Shown here: one piece after another, positions 20,163-30,396 of the stretch
Numbering within the stretch: position 1 is the stretch's first letter
Layout of the letters: each line of letters begins with the position of its first letter
Origin: Nanobdellota archaeon
GTDB taxonomy: Archaea; Nanobdellota; Nanobdellia; Pacearchaeales; GW2011-AR1
DNA length: 64,000 bases
Direction: 5' to 3'
NCBI GenBank assembly: GCA_038045385.1
Contig: JBBSYE010000001.1
Span: 42,165 to 106,164, forward strand
Position numbers and translations under genes: made by a program
Notes under the pieces: model-generated
Databases searched by the model: none
Seen by the model: the letters and a program-made list of their open reading frames with translations, nothing else
Told to the model about the DNA's origin: nothing

Positions 20163-20729
20163 ATGAGCAAAAGCAGAAAAATAAAATTAGAAGGAAAGAG
20201 AATCATACTTAGGGGTCTAAGGAGAGAGGACGCATCAGATTTAGTTGCTATTGCAAATGATTCTGAAATAGCAAAATATACGCCCATTCCCTTTCCCTTT
20301 TTACCAGAACACGCTAAAAAACTAATAGACGGAACAAGAGCGTCAATTAATAATGACAAAGCTTATTTTCTCGGAATTGAGTTTACAGAAAAGATTATCG
20401 GAATGGCTGGGTTGCAAAGAGTAGACAGAACGAAAAGAACGGCAGAAGCAGGCTATTGGATTGGCAAAGATTATAGAAATCAAGGTTTTGCAACAGAAGC
20501 TCTGGATTTGGTTTTAGATTTTGGTTTCATGACAGAAAATCTACAAAAAATATGGGGAAGAGTCACAGAGAACAATGCCCCATCAATAAAGATTTTAGAA
20601 AAAAGAGGTTTTTCTTTATCTGGCCGAGTGCCAAGCTCAAGAGAAATTGAAGGTTTATCTGTAGATGACAGGATATATGAATTAACTTCTCAGCAATACC
20701 TTGGGAGTTCTCAAAAACTCTGTTCTTGA
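20163..20729 (+). CDS. GNAT N-acetyltransferase, RimJ/RimL family
   Basis: AEAGYWIGKDYRNQGFATEA, NAPSIKILEKRGF. Confidence 0.9.
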   Translation: MSKSRKIKLEGKRIILRGLRREDASDLVAIANDSEIAKYTPIPFPFLPEHAKKLIDGTRASINNDKAYFLGIEFTEKIIGMAGLQRVDRTKRTAEAGYWIGKDYRNQGFATEALDLVLDFGFMTENLQKIWGRVTENNAPSIKILEKRGFSLSGRVPSSREIEGLSVDDRIYELTSQQYLGSSQKLCS

Positions 20730-20853
20730 CGTCAAAGTGAACACAGTTTTCTGTTCAATTATTTGTGTTTTCCACTATAGGATATTTTAATCCCAATTTG
20801 TAACTACTATAAAGAAACGATATCTTTATATACTCTGCTAAAAAAATGTTCAT

Positions 20854-21906
20854 ATGCAAAAAGCAATTAACTTATATTTAGAAGCTTCCGATGCTCCTGA
20901 AAATGTAATTAGCAAGTTTGAGAAGTTAGTTAGAACTCTACCAATCCTTCCAAAAGACCCATATGATGCAGTCATTGCAGTTTCTTCACATCTAAAAAAA
21001 GAAGGTTTTTGCTATGATTCTAACAATTTTACTGCCCAAGACGTTCTGAATAAAAGAGCAGGCAACTGCTTAGGCCTACCCCTCATTATCGGAGCAATAC
21101 TTGATAGCAGAGATGTGGCTTTTACACCAAGAGTTTTGATAAATCCCCAAGATATAATTTCTAAAGAAGAAAGAAAATTTGTTGAACGATATAATCAAGA
21201 GATAGCGTATGATAAACCAAATCTAGCAGATCCTCAAATTGAATCAAACTCTGACGAATCAATAGGCTACCGATTTGTGCCCCTTGAACACCTTGTTTTA
21301 GTAGCAGGAGGTAGAGCTTTTGAAACTACCTCAACTGAATCTGGAGAAGTTAAGGGTGGCGAGTCTGAAAGAAGTATTACATATGCTCAAGCAGTAAGTT
21401 TTGTTTTAAAAGATAGGGCTATTGAAAAAATTAATAATGGCGAAACGAAAGAATCTAAACAACTAGCCGAAAGAGGGCTACAAATGTGGCCAGAAAACAG
21501 AGAGCTTAATGGTCTTTGTGCAGATATAGAAAACATGCTTGGAAATTATTCTGTAAGGCAAGGTTTTTTGGAAAAATACAAAACTATTGGGGGAAATGAT
21601 TCTCTCTTTAACTACAAACTCTTTTTCTTAGAGAACAATCCCGCTTTTCTAGATAACGCTCTTGCGATATATCCAGAAAATGCTCTTGCAATAGTAGAGA
21701 AGGCGGCTTCTCTTGTTCAAACTGACTTAAGAGAGTCCAGATTCTTATTTGGTCTTGCGTCCCATTTATATGCAGAATCCTCTATTCTTAGTTTAAGAGA
21801 TTTTTATACAAGGCACGTTAAAGAACTTTCACAAGTTTTTGGGGCAGGCGAGATTAATGCTCGTTTAAGGAAATATCTAAACAATCAAACCAAAAGAACT
21901 AAATAG
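20854..21906 (+). CDS. transglutaminase-like/TPR protein
   Basis: GNCLGL, EHLVL, FETT followed by helical repeats. Confidence 0.55.
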   Translation: MQKAINLYLEASDAPENVISKFEKLVRTLPILPKDPYDAVIAVSSHLKKEGFCYDSNNFTAQDVLNKRAGNCLGLPLIIGAILDSRDVAFTPRVLINPQDIISKEERKFVERYNQEIAYDKPNLADPQIESNSDESIGYRFVPLEHLVLVAGGRAFETTSTESGEVKGGESERSITYAQAVSFVLKDRAIEKINNGETKESKQLAERGLQMWPENRELNGLCADIENMLGNYSVRQGFLEKYKTIGGNDSLFNYKLFFLENNPAFLDNALAIYPENALAIVEKAASLVQTDLRESRFLFGLASHLYAESSILSLRDFYTRHVKELSQVFGAGEINARLRKYLNNQTKRTK

Positions 21907-21926
21907 CCAAATATACTCACAAAAAA

Positions 21927-22232
21927 ATGACATACGAACAATCTATGAGAATGGCCATGAAGATGGGGGGCCCAAGTGGAGATGTGATTCAGAGGATGAG
22001 TCTTAGTCCTCCAATAGCAAATTCCATCGAGGAAGCTCGTAGCATCGGCTCTTCGCGAAAGGTTGAAAAATCATCTTCGTTAGACGAGGCTGGATTAAAT
22101 CATATTCGTAGTTATCTATCGAGTCATCCAAGGGCAGTCAACCGAGATTTAATTGACTATCTAGCAGGGAGCGGTTATTCAGTAAATACTACAGACATAA
22201 ATCTTGCAAGAAGCTTATTAGAAACTGAATAA
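21927..22232 (+). CDS. hypothetical protein
   Basis: 101-aa ORF. Confidence 0.5.
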   Translation: MTYEQSMRMAMKMGGPSGDVIQRMSLSPPIANSIEEARSIGSSRKVEKSSSLDEAGLNHIRSYLSSHPRAVNRDLIDYLAGSGYSVNTTDINLARSLLETE

Positions 22233-22243
22233 AATTTTTTGAT

Positions 22244-25057
22244 TCACTTCTCAATCTTCGCACAAAACTCGCAATTCTTCTCGGCCTTACAAAAAGCAAA
22301 ACCTTTCTTATAACATTCAAGAATTTCTTTAGCCGCCTCAATTATCTCCTTCCTAACTTCATGCAAAGAAAAAGCCATCCTATTGCTCCTAGAGTCTCTA
22401 GCAATACCCATGTTATCAATCTCATATTCCAACGGCTTCTCATTCTTAAAAACATCAAGAGTCACACGCTTCACATTCCCCAATCTTTGAGCCGCTAAAG
22501 CATAAAATCCTAACTGCCAATCTCTCTCACGTCCGTAAGGCACATGCGCTCCAGTTTTATAATCAATAATCTCAATCCAATCAAGATGGAAATCAATTCT
22601 ATCAGCATAACCTATAAAACGCAAACCATCAAGCGAAAGAAATAAAGACTGCTCGTTCTTAGACTCTTTATTATACTTATTTTTATTTCTCTCGAAAAAT
22701 ATTTTTAAAAGATGCTCTGCCTCTTTCAAATTAACTCCTCTCCACTCTGCCTTGAGGGCCATCTGTTCAGCAAGAGAAATAAATTGCCTATCGCTAGTAA
22801 AAAGCTCTTTAACGCCCTCTTCAATAATCAAATGCACAAAGCTACCAAGAGAGCGTTGCTCCCAAGTCACAATTTCTTCAGGCATATTAAACACATACTT
22901 ATACTCATATTTTTTTTGACAATCTTTGAACAAATTTAACGCCGAAGGAGAAAATGTAATGTCTTTCTTAACTTCAATCTTTTCAGTTACTCCAAAATCT
23001 GAGTCAATCTCCTCGGTTTTATCTAAATCTCTCAAGAAGGTAACATTCTCATTATTCTTAAAATCAATTTCATTCAGAAATTGACTAACCTCTAAATTCT
23101 TTGCACCATATTTCTGCGCATAAGTCAAATAAAGTCGCTTCTTAGTTCTAGTACAGGCCACGTAAAACAATCTCCTTTCTTCAGCAAGTTGTTGCTCCTC
23201 TTGCTCTTCCTCAGAAGTCAAGTTAAAATCAGCAGGAATAAGCTTATTTCCAGAAATTGTAGTAATAGGAAATTTACCTTGAACTAAATTAGCAATTATA
23301 ACAATCTCATATTCAAGCCCCTTAGTAGCATGGGCAGTCATTATTCTCACTCCCTCGCTTTTAGCTTTAGGCATCGCCAAGTCTAGCCCAAGATGCGTCC
23401 TAGCGTCCAAATGTGCAAGAAAGCTCTCTAGGTCGGCATACTCACGCTCACTAAATTCTTTAGCATATTCAGTAAAAGTTTGGATTATAGCATTCTCTCC
23501 ATCCTCTTCCCTTGAAACTCTTGAAGCAATATTTGCTATCAAAGCAGATAGCTGTTGGCCTTTTAATTTCTCCAATTCCCTCAACAAAACCTGCATAATC
23601 TCAAATTTTTTCTTAGATTCATTAGAAAAAATTTCAGGAACATTTTTCAGCAGATACAAAGACAAGCCCTCGGCCCCTTTGTGCTCTCGAACATATTTTC
23701 CAAACTTTCCTAACTCCTCTCCATCAATTCCTTGAATCTTAGCAAATCCCCACCAAGCGTTACTTCCCCCAGATTTAGCCTGAAATATTTTATCTAATAT
23801 CACACACAAATTCCTGATAAGCTCAATCCTAGTATGAGCAAGTAAAGATTGCCTTTTTGATGAGCTAAACACAATTCCTCTACCTTGCAACGCTTTCTTT
23901 AGCAAGTTTGCCTGATTATGTGTTCTAAAAAGCACACAAATTTCTCCTCCAAGAACACCGCTCTTAATTTCAGACTCAATAATCTCCACAATCTTTCTCA
24001 CTTCTTCTTTGCTATCAAGCAATTCAATCACATTAACTTTCTCGCCTTCGATTTCTCTCGCATTCAAAACTGAAAAGCATTCATCTTTATCTTTGTAATT
24101 ATTTTCAATAGCCTTATGTGCAACTTTCAATATTTTATTTGGAGAGCGATGTGACTTATCCAACTTAACAAATTCCGTTTTCCCATATCGCTTCTTAAAT
24201 TCATCAAAAGTTCCGCCATAAGCTCCTCTAAACTGATAAATAGACTGATTCAAATCTCCGACTATAGTAATATTCCCTCTAGGCGCAAGAGCAAATAGCA
24301 AGTCTAACTGTATCTTATTTGTGTCCTGAAATTCATCAACTATAAGATATCCAAAATTACTCGCCAAACTTGGCTCTTTCTCCAGTAATTTTAAAGCATA
24401 ATAATGCAAGTCAGAATAATCAAGCATATTATATTTTAACTTTATTTTTTCATAGCCCCTCCAGCTTTGCAAAAATCTTCTCTGTTGCACATACGTTCCA
24501 AGCCGCTCAATTTCTTTTTTAATCTCATCTTTTTCCTCTTTCTCCAATCTAGTTGAATGATGTCTCAAGGTAAGCTTCTCAAGTTCAGCTTCAGGATTAT
24601 CAGGAAAATCTTTTGCGCTATTTTTCAAAAAAGATTCATACTTTTCAAGCATAATAGAAGATTCTTTCAAAGCCCCAATCGCCTCAATATACTGGCTACA
24701 TCTAATTGGAATGGTCTTAAAATATTGATAAAGCATTATCATTCCATCTTCAGGAGTTATAATCTTAAACTTCTTTGATATTCCAATTTTCTCGCCATAC
24801 TCTCTTAGCAAATCCCCACACAATCCATGAAAAGTCCGCACAATAGGAACTGCTTGCTCGCCAACCATTCCAACTAGGCGCTTATGTAAAGAATCGACCG
24901 CCTCATTTGAAAAAGTAACACAAGCAATTCTTCCAGGTGAGAAGATCTTATTTTTCACAAGATATGTGACCTTATCCGAGATAGTTCGCGTTTTTCCCGT
25001 TCCCGCTCCTGCAAGTATCACACACGGCTTATCAACACAAGAAAGAAAGTCCTCCAT
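22244..25057 (-). CDS. UvrD/SF1A helicase fused to PD-(D/E)XK nuclease (AdnA/AddA-like)
   Basis: AGAGTGKT, VDEFQDTN, HATKGLE, EERRLFYVACTR; C-terminal DRID..IIDYKTG with four Cys (Fe-S like). Confidence 0.9.
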   Translation of the reverse strand: MEDFLSCVDKPCVILAGAGTGKTRTISDKVTYLVKNKIFSPGRIACVTFSNEAVDSLHKRLVGMVGEQAVPIVRTFHGLCGDLLREYGEKIGISKKFKIITPEDGMIMLYQYFKTIPIRCSQYIEAIGALKESSIMLEKYESFLKNSAKDFPDNPEAELEKLTLRHHSTRLEKEEKDEIKKEIERLGTYVQQRRFLQSWRGYEKIKLKYNMLDYSDLHYYALKLLEKEPSLASNFGYLIVDEFQDTNKIQLDLLFALAPRGNITIVGDLNQSIYQFRGAYGGTFDEFKKRYGKTEFVKLDKSHRSPNKILKVAHKAIENNYKDKDECFSVLNAREIEGEKVNVIELLDSKEEVRKIVEIIESEIKSGVLGGEICVLFRTHNQANLLKKALQGRGIVFSSSKRQSLLAHTRIELIRNLCVILDKIFQAKSGGSNAWWGFAKIQGIDGEELGKFGKYVREHKGAEGLSLYLLKNVPEIFSNESKKKFEIMQVLLRELEKLKGQQLSALIANIASRVSREEDGENAIIQTFTEYAKEFSEREYADLESFLAHLDARTHLGLDLAMPKAKSEGVRIMTAHATKGLEYEIVIIANLVQGKFPITTISGNKLIPADFNLTSEEEQEEQQLAEERRLFYVACTRTKKRLYLTYAQKYGAKNLEVSQFLNEIDFKNNENVTFLRDLDKTEEIDSDFGVTEKIEVKKDITFSPSALNLFKDCQKKYEYKYVFNMPEEIVTWEQRSLGSFVHLIIEEGVKELFTSDRQFISLAEQMALKAEWRGVNLKEAEHLLKIFFERNKNKYNKESKNEQSLFLSLDGLRFIGYADRIDFHLDWIEIIDYKTGAHVPYGRERDWQLGFYALAAQRLGNVKRVTLDVFKNEKPLEYEIDNMGIARDSRSNRMAFSLHEVRKEIIEAAKEILECYKKGFAFCKAEKNCEFCAKIEK

Positions 25058-25129
25058 GAACTCCAGAATGCAAGGAAGTTAAAAAGATTGCTATGGGCAA
25101 GTTTAAAAAGCCCGTTCTTAAGAAAAATT

Positions 25130-25836
25130 ATGGAATACTTAAGATTAATAGGAACTAGCAAAGAAAATGATTTAGACAAATCTTGTCTAAACGTCCCCTT
25201 AGAATACCAGCTAGCAGTTCTCGGAATAAATAATAAAGTCATTGCAAGTCTGCAAGGCAAGCAAGTAATGGACGTAGGTTGTGGCAATGGGTCTCTAGTA
25301 AATTATTTAATTAGTCAGGGAATACATGCAAGAGGCATAGACTCTAAAGCCCCAGAAGGGCCGCAGTTTACAAGAAGATGGGTCATAGGGCAGGTAGCGG
25401 AGGAATTCCAGCAGGGGACCGATCTCTTGACCTTATAGTCTCATTTCAAAATACAACTCTGAATCATGCGTTAGCTACCTCAAGAGACGGCATTTTGTCT
25501 TTCCCTAAATCCGGAGAACCATTCTATGAAGAATTTGATCCAATGAGATCAATAGTCGATGAATCAAAGGGACATGCACAATATCTAATCTCTGAAATTG
25601 GTCGAACATTAGCAGATAAAGGTAAAGCGATAATTTATCCATTACTTGTTTATCTCAACGAACACGCGGGACACTTACTTAAAATGGATAATCTTTTTCA
25701 TAGCTCTAGAAGAATAAAAGACAGAAAATTACTGGTAAGCTACTTAAAATGGGAAGATTGTCCTTTAACTGCAGCTAACATCGATAAAGAAGTTTGTCGC
25801 CCTTGGAGCGAAGTTTCAGTTATATCTAGAAAATAA
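25130..25836 (+). pseudogene. class I SAM methyltransferase split by a frameshift (possibly an assembly error)
   Basis: MDVGCGNG motif I in the first frame; continues in the second frame if GGG 25388-25390 were GGGG. Confidence 0.65.
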
Positions 25837-26340
25837 TTATTATGCTCTTAAAATCTAGAACGCAAGAAAGTTAAAAATAAAAAGATTGCTATCCTTTAGC
25901 AACTTTATTCCAAAGGTAAGAATGATACTGCTTATAGTTTTCAGCAAGTTCTTTACTATCAAGCTCAACCCATTTCATTATAGGAGAAAAAGCATAACGT
26001 CTATGGCTTTCGAGATATTCACGAGCATCAGAAATATCTTTTCCTAATAAATCATAAAATCTTTCTTGAGAAAAATCTCTTTTGAGAAGCTATTTGCCCT
26101 TGAGTAGCAATTGCTCCAGCTAAAAGATAACCCGCAACCGTTTGAAGGACCTTGCTCATATAATTCAATACAGACATATCTTTTAAATCTTTCAGCAGAG
26201 ATACCTATAACGCAAGGCTTTTAAGGCAAAGAGATTTATGATAAAAATATACTCCCCAGTATTGCTTCGGTAAGACCGGGTTCCAAAGTTAATTTAATCT
26301 TTTCCCAGAGTCTTTATTAACAAAAAAAGCCTCTAATCAG

Positions 26341-26859
26341 GTGAGCGAAAAAGAGCGTGTTGCAATTTTCATTGACGGAAGCAATCTTTATCATAGTTTA
26401 AAAAAATATAAAATTAAATATAATTTTGAAAAAATAATAAGCAAACTAGAAAACAAAAGAGAAATAGTCAATATATTTTACTATACGGCTCTCCTTGACA
26501 AGTATTTTGACGAAGAAAAATATAAAAATCACCTAAAATTTTTAGAAAAACTAAAGAGAATACCTAAATTTAATATTGTTTTATGCAATTTGAAGAAAAT
26601 AATTCTAAAAGATGGCTCTGTTACATTCGCCATAAAAGGAGATGATGTTTGTCTCACAACCGATATTATTAGTGGCGCATATGAAAATCTTTATGATATA
26701 GCTATTCTTGTTTCTGGAGACGAAGATTTCGTTCCTGCAATCAAGGCAGTTCAAAAAATAGGTAAAAGAGTAATAAATGCCTTCTTTCCTAAAAGTTCAT
26801 CCTATATTTTAAGAAATTACTGTAATGACTCAATAAATCTTAGAAAAGAATTAATCTAA
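26341..26859 (+). CDS. NYN domain (PIN-like) protein
   Basis: IFIDGSN, KGDD, LVSGDEDF. Confidence 0.9.
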   Translation: MSEKERVAIFIDGSNLYHSLKKYKIKYNFEKIISKLENKREIVNIFYYTALLDKYFDEEKYKNHLKFLEKLKRIPKFNIVLCNLKKIILKDGSVTFAIKGDDVCLTTDIISGAYENLYDIAILVSGDEDFVPAIKAVQKIGKRVINAFFPKSSSYILRNYCNDSINLRKELI

Positions 26860-26866
26860 AAAAGAA

Positions 26867-26891
26867 GTCCCATATGGAAACCACATGGGAC
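26867..26891 (-). terminator. hairpin plus U-tract between convergent genes
   Basis: GTCCCAT..ATGGGAC stem; minus strand is followed by TTCTTTTTT. Confidence 0.5.
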
Positions 26892-26937
26892 AATTATTAA
26901 AAATCAGAAGCTAATCCAGCTTAAAAATCCTTCTATT

Positions 26938-28122
26938 CTACAAAATCTCGCCATAACCAATTAGTCGCCAATGGTTAGCAATATTACGAGCAATCGCAAT
27001 ATTCTCCCCCTTAAAAGGCACAATAGGAATACGTAAGTGAACTTCAGCTTCATCTTTCCCAAGTTTCTTAATCATTCCAATAGTTACCGAAGTGTTAATA
27101 CTCATCATAATAGTCTCACTCGGCTTTAAAGCATCAACATTAGTTTTTGCCTGCGCTCCCAAAACTTCCGAAAATAATTTATATTTCATTTTCAAAGCAA
27201 AAGCAATCTCCGGAAGTTTACCTGAATGAGAAACCACAGCACCAGAAAGCAAATCGCTCTTTCCCAAAGCCATATCTAAACTGGTCTCAATGCTAACGCT
27301 CCCCCCAGGAGTTATCTCGTTAACTTCTCCAGAACCTTTAAACAATTTATTTATTCTAGTCCTCAAGGTTTTATAATGAATCTGATTAGCTTCCTTAACC
27401 GCAATACCAGGCTTAATTTCAATTTCATCCCCAACACGTAAAATCCCCTTCTTTAAAGTGCCCCCAAGAACTGCCCCGCTTAGTTTCTCAGGCGTAGTTC
27501 CAGGCTTGTTAATATCAAAACTTCTAGCAACAATAAACATCGGATCGCCCTCTAAATCTCTTTCCGGAATTGGCAGCTCACATAGCGCCTGATAAATTTT
27601 AGAAATATTTACATTCTGTTGGGCGGACACAGGAATAACTATTGGCTTCTCTCCTCTAACTGCTTTAAATAACTCGAGAATTTCATTATAATTTTTCTTA
27701 GCCTGCTCTTTAGAAACTAAATCAACTTTATTTTGTAATACGATAACATTCTTTACTCGTTTAGCTTGAAGTGCAATTAAATGCTCTCTAGTCTGTGGCT
27801 TTATTCCCTCATTCGCAGCAACAACCAAAAGCGCAGCATCAACAATCGCAGTTCCAGATAACATAGTGGCCATTAACATCTCATGTCCCGGAGCATCAAT
27901 GAAAGACACATATCTCAAAGCTTTGCCTTTACTCTCTCGATTATATTCACCATTATTTTCAAAAATAGTAATATCTGCATATCCTAATTTTATAGTTATA
28001 CCGCGTTTCATCTCTTCAGAATGTGTATCGGTCCACTTTCCACTCAACCTCTGCAACAAAGTAGTTTTACCATGGTCAATATGTCCTGCAATTATTACAT
28101 TCAAAGTAGGTAGTTCTTTCAT
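26938..28122 (-). CDS. eif2g: translation initiation factor aIF2 gamma
   Basis: GHIDHGKTT, RGITIKLGY, DAPGHE, QTREHL, WRLIGYG. Confidence 0.96.
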   Translation of the reverse strand: MKELPTLNVIIAGHIDHGKTTLLQRLSGKWTDTHSEEMKRGITIKLGYADITIFENNGEYNRESKGKALRYVSFIDAPGHEMLMATMLSGTAIVDAALLVVAANEGIKPQTREHLIALQAKRVKNVIVLQNKVDLVSKEQAKKNYNEILELFKAVRGEKPIVIPVSAQQNVNISKIYQALCELPIPERDLEGDPMFIVARSFDINKPGTTPEKLSGAVLGGTLKKGILRVGDEIEIKPGIAVKEANQIHYKTLRTRINKLFKGSGEVNEITPGGSVSIETSLDMALGKSDLLSGAVVSHSGKLPEIAFALKMKYKLFSEVLGAQAKTNVDALKPSETIMMSINTSVTIGMIKKLGKDEAEVHLRIPIVPFKGENIAIARNIANHWRLIGYGEIL

Positions 28123-28153
28123 AAAAGTAAGATACAAAAGCCTATTTTAAAGC

Positions 28154-28390
28154 TTATGTTGGCCAACAATAACTTCTATTAGTTAAAGCTACCCTTAAAG
28201 CCTCATCACTTAAAGGTTCAACACTACGGGCGCCACCACAAACATGTCTTATTGCCCTAGTAATCGAGACATTCCAAGCCCTATCCGGAATTGGCTCTTC
28301 AGAAGGTGCGCTCCAAGAAATAACAGGTCGCTCAGATAAACCAAAACAAGATTCTTTCATTCTCTCGCCAAAATCATAACCTAATGGCAT
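28154..28390 (-). CDS. hypothetical protein between rps6e and eif2g
   Basis: ATG just after the rps6e stop; 78 aa. Confidence 0.4.
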   Translation of the reverse strand: MPLGYDFGERMKESCFGLSERPVISWSAPSEEPIPDRAWNVSITRAIRHVCGGARSVEPLSDEALRVALTNRSYCWPT

Positions 28391-28391
28391 C

Positions 28392-28799
28392 TTAAACAGC
28401 AGGCTCTTGTGGCTTTTCTTTAGGTTTATTTTGATCCGGAAATAAATCTGCAAGTTTAGCGCTACCGTGTTTAACAACAACAATATTAATCTGACTAGTC
28501 TTTTCAGACAACTGCTTACCGCGAACGCTTTTTCTTCTTCTAATTCCCTCATGTTTATCGTGCATTCCCCATCCTCTAGTTAAGAGAACGCGCTTCAAAT
28601 TTGGCCCTTCAACATCTTTTCCATGAGGCAATCCAGAAATATCGGAAGCTCCAGCAATAGTAAATTCATATCCTTCTAGAGTTTCCGCAACATCTTTTCC
28701 ATGAATCTTATCTCCAAGTTTTTTACCGATAAGTTCCTCACTACCAGACTCGATTTTCCAAGTCTTTCCTTTGTCAGCTATGTTAACTTTGAATGGCAT
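28392..28799 (-). CDS. rps6e: 30S ribosomal protein S6e
   Basis: LIGKKLGD, IAGASDISGLP, GIRRRKSVRG. Confidence 0.93.
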   Translation of the reverse strand: MPFKVNIADKGKTWKIESGSEELIGKKLGDKIHGKDVAETLEGYEFTIAGASDISGLPHGKDVEGPNLKRVLLTRGWGMHDKHEGIRRRKSVRGKQLSEKTSQINIVVVKHGSAKLADLFPDQNKPKEKPQEPAV

Positions 28800-28954
28800 A
28801 TATGCAGAGAATAAATGTGCTTTTTAAAGGTTTGTCTAATTAGGGCTTTGCATATAAATGATTAGTGTTTATTAAATCGTTTTACCCCACAGCTTGTGCG
28901 TCGAGTAGTTCATTAGATATACAAAAATGCAACGTTAGAATTATAGAATTTTAA

Positions 28955-29821
28955 CTATCTACAAGAGATTCTTCCGCCATCCAAATCATATTCCATCTTC
29001 AACCAATCAAAGTTTAATTCGTTTGCCTTGCTGCAAAATTCTGCTGGTTGTAACTCATATTCTACGCCAAAAACAGCCTTATCTTGTTCAATAAATGGCA
29101 AAAGAGTTTCGCACTCGTCATATTCAAAACATTGTTCATTTAAAGCAAAATCAAAATAATCAACTAATTCGGGAATTTGCTCTAAGTCATTTTTCAAACC
29201 AACTGTTAATCCTCTTTTATGAGATTCTTCTGCAAGCCATTTGTTATAAACCAATTGGTCTTGATAGGTTAAATCAAACCCATTATCGTTCAAATAACCG
29301 TCCACATTATCTGGCTCAACACCATCACAACCCTTTTCTACTGCTAAATCCAATCTGTTCCTCATAATCGGCGCAAGCAAGTCAATTTTGGAAATGTCAA
29401 GCCATTTCTCATCTTCCCATCCTTCAAGAGTTTTTCCCTGAACCTCATTTGGAAAATCATCTTTGTCAATTCTCCAGTTTTCATAACTTCCAGCACTAAA
29501 ATAGCAAATAACCTTTATACCTCTATTTTGCAACGCATTTATTACTTCTTTTGAATTATCAAATAAATCCAGATCATACATATCAACATCATGGTTCTGA
29601 TTTATTGTTCCCAGTAATTGCCATTGCCACGATGTATTTGGATTTGGTTTCCACCAAACGATGTTCTCTACGTCTTCATCAGTTTGCACTTCTCCTAGTT
29701 CTGATTCATTTGCTTCAACTGGTTCAGAGAGATCATCTTCTGCTATTTTTTTTGCAGTATAGCCACCAAGCAAAAGAATTCCTATAAACATTAGCACTAA
29801 CAACTCTTTTTTAATTTCCAT
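28955..29821 (-). CDS. membrane-anchored endo-alpha-1,4-polygalactosaminidase (GH114)
   Basis: WQWQL, ICYFSAGSYENWR, GCDGVEPDNVD, GLKND, NEQC..Y.EC. Confidence 0.88.
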   Translation of the reverse strand: MEIKKELLVLMFIGILLLGGYTAKKIAEDDLSEPVEANESELGEVQTDEDVENIVWWKPNPNTSWQWQLLGTINQNHDVDMYDLDLFDNSKEVINALQNRGIKVICYFSAGSYENWRIDKDDFPNEVQGKTLEGWEDEKWLDISKIDLLAPIMRNRLDLAVEKGCDGVEPDNVDGYLNDNGFDLTYQDQLVYNKWLAEESHKRGLTVGLKNDLEQIPELVDYFDFALNEQCFEYDECETLLPFIEQDKAVFGVEYELQPAEFCSKANELNFDWLKMEYDLDGGRISCR

Positions 29822-29934
29822 TTTATTTTAATATTAACATAATATTATATTATCCATTACCTCTAATCACTATCATAATAATTTTGATTTTTATAAATCT
29901 TCCGAGTTCGACTCTTCTAAAAAATCTCCATTCC

Positions 29935-30396
29935 TTATTTATATTGAAGAGAACATTTGCAATTATTTCTTAGCTTAACAAAACTCATAACTTCACTCTT
30001 AACACTAGTAAAGAAAGCCTTATCTTTCGGATGCGTCAATAAATTCGCGACATCATCAATATCAACCCATCTGGCCTCCGGATTTTCAGGATCTTCTGGC
30101 GCAATCTTATCATTATTTGTAGTAAAAAGTAATATTGTAATGACCTTTAACTCATCGAGATTATCTTTATTTTCACTAGTCATCTTATGTCTTTCATAAG
30201 TTCCAAGTTCTTTTACAAATTCTAAATCCGACACACCACTCTCTTCTTTAATTTCTCTTTTAGCCGCAACTAACGCGCGCTCTCCCTTTTCCAAATGTCC
30301 CTTCGGCAATGACCATGCTCTACCACGTTGACTAACAACAAGAACCTTATTCTCATTATTCAGCACAACACCGCCAGCACTATAAGTTCTTCTCAT
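29935..30396 (-). CDS. NUDIX hydrolase
   Basis: PKGHLEKGE...AKREIKEESG Nudix box. Confidence 0.9.
   Translation of the reverse strand: MRRTYSAGGVVLNNENKVLVVSQRGRAWSLPKGHLEKGERALVAAKREIKEESGVSDLEFVKELGTYERHKMTSENKDNLDELKVITILLFTTNNDKIAPEDPENPEARWVDIDDVANLLTHPKDKAFFTSVKSEVMSFVKLRNNCKCSLQYK

Noticed and set aside
25890-26159. possible frameshifted small gene on the minus strand
   Set aside because: Two short frames can be joined, but no motif supports a product; too weak to call.
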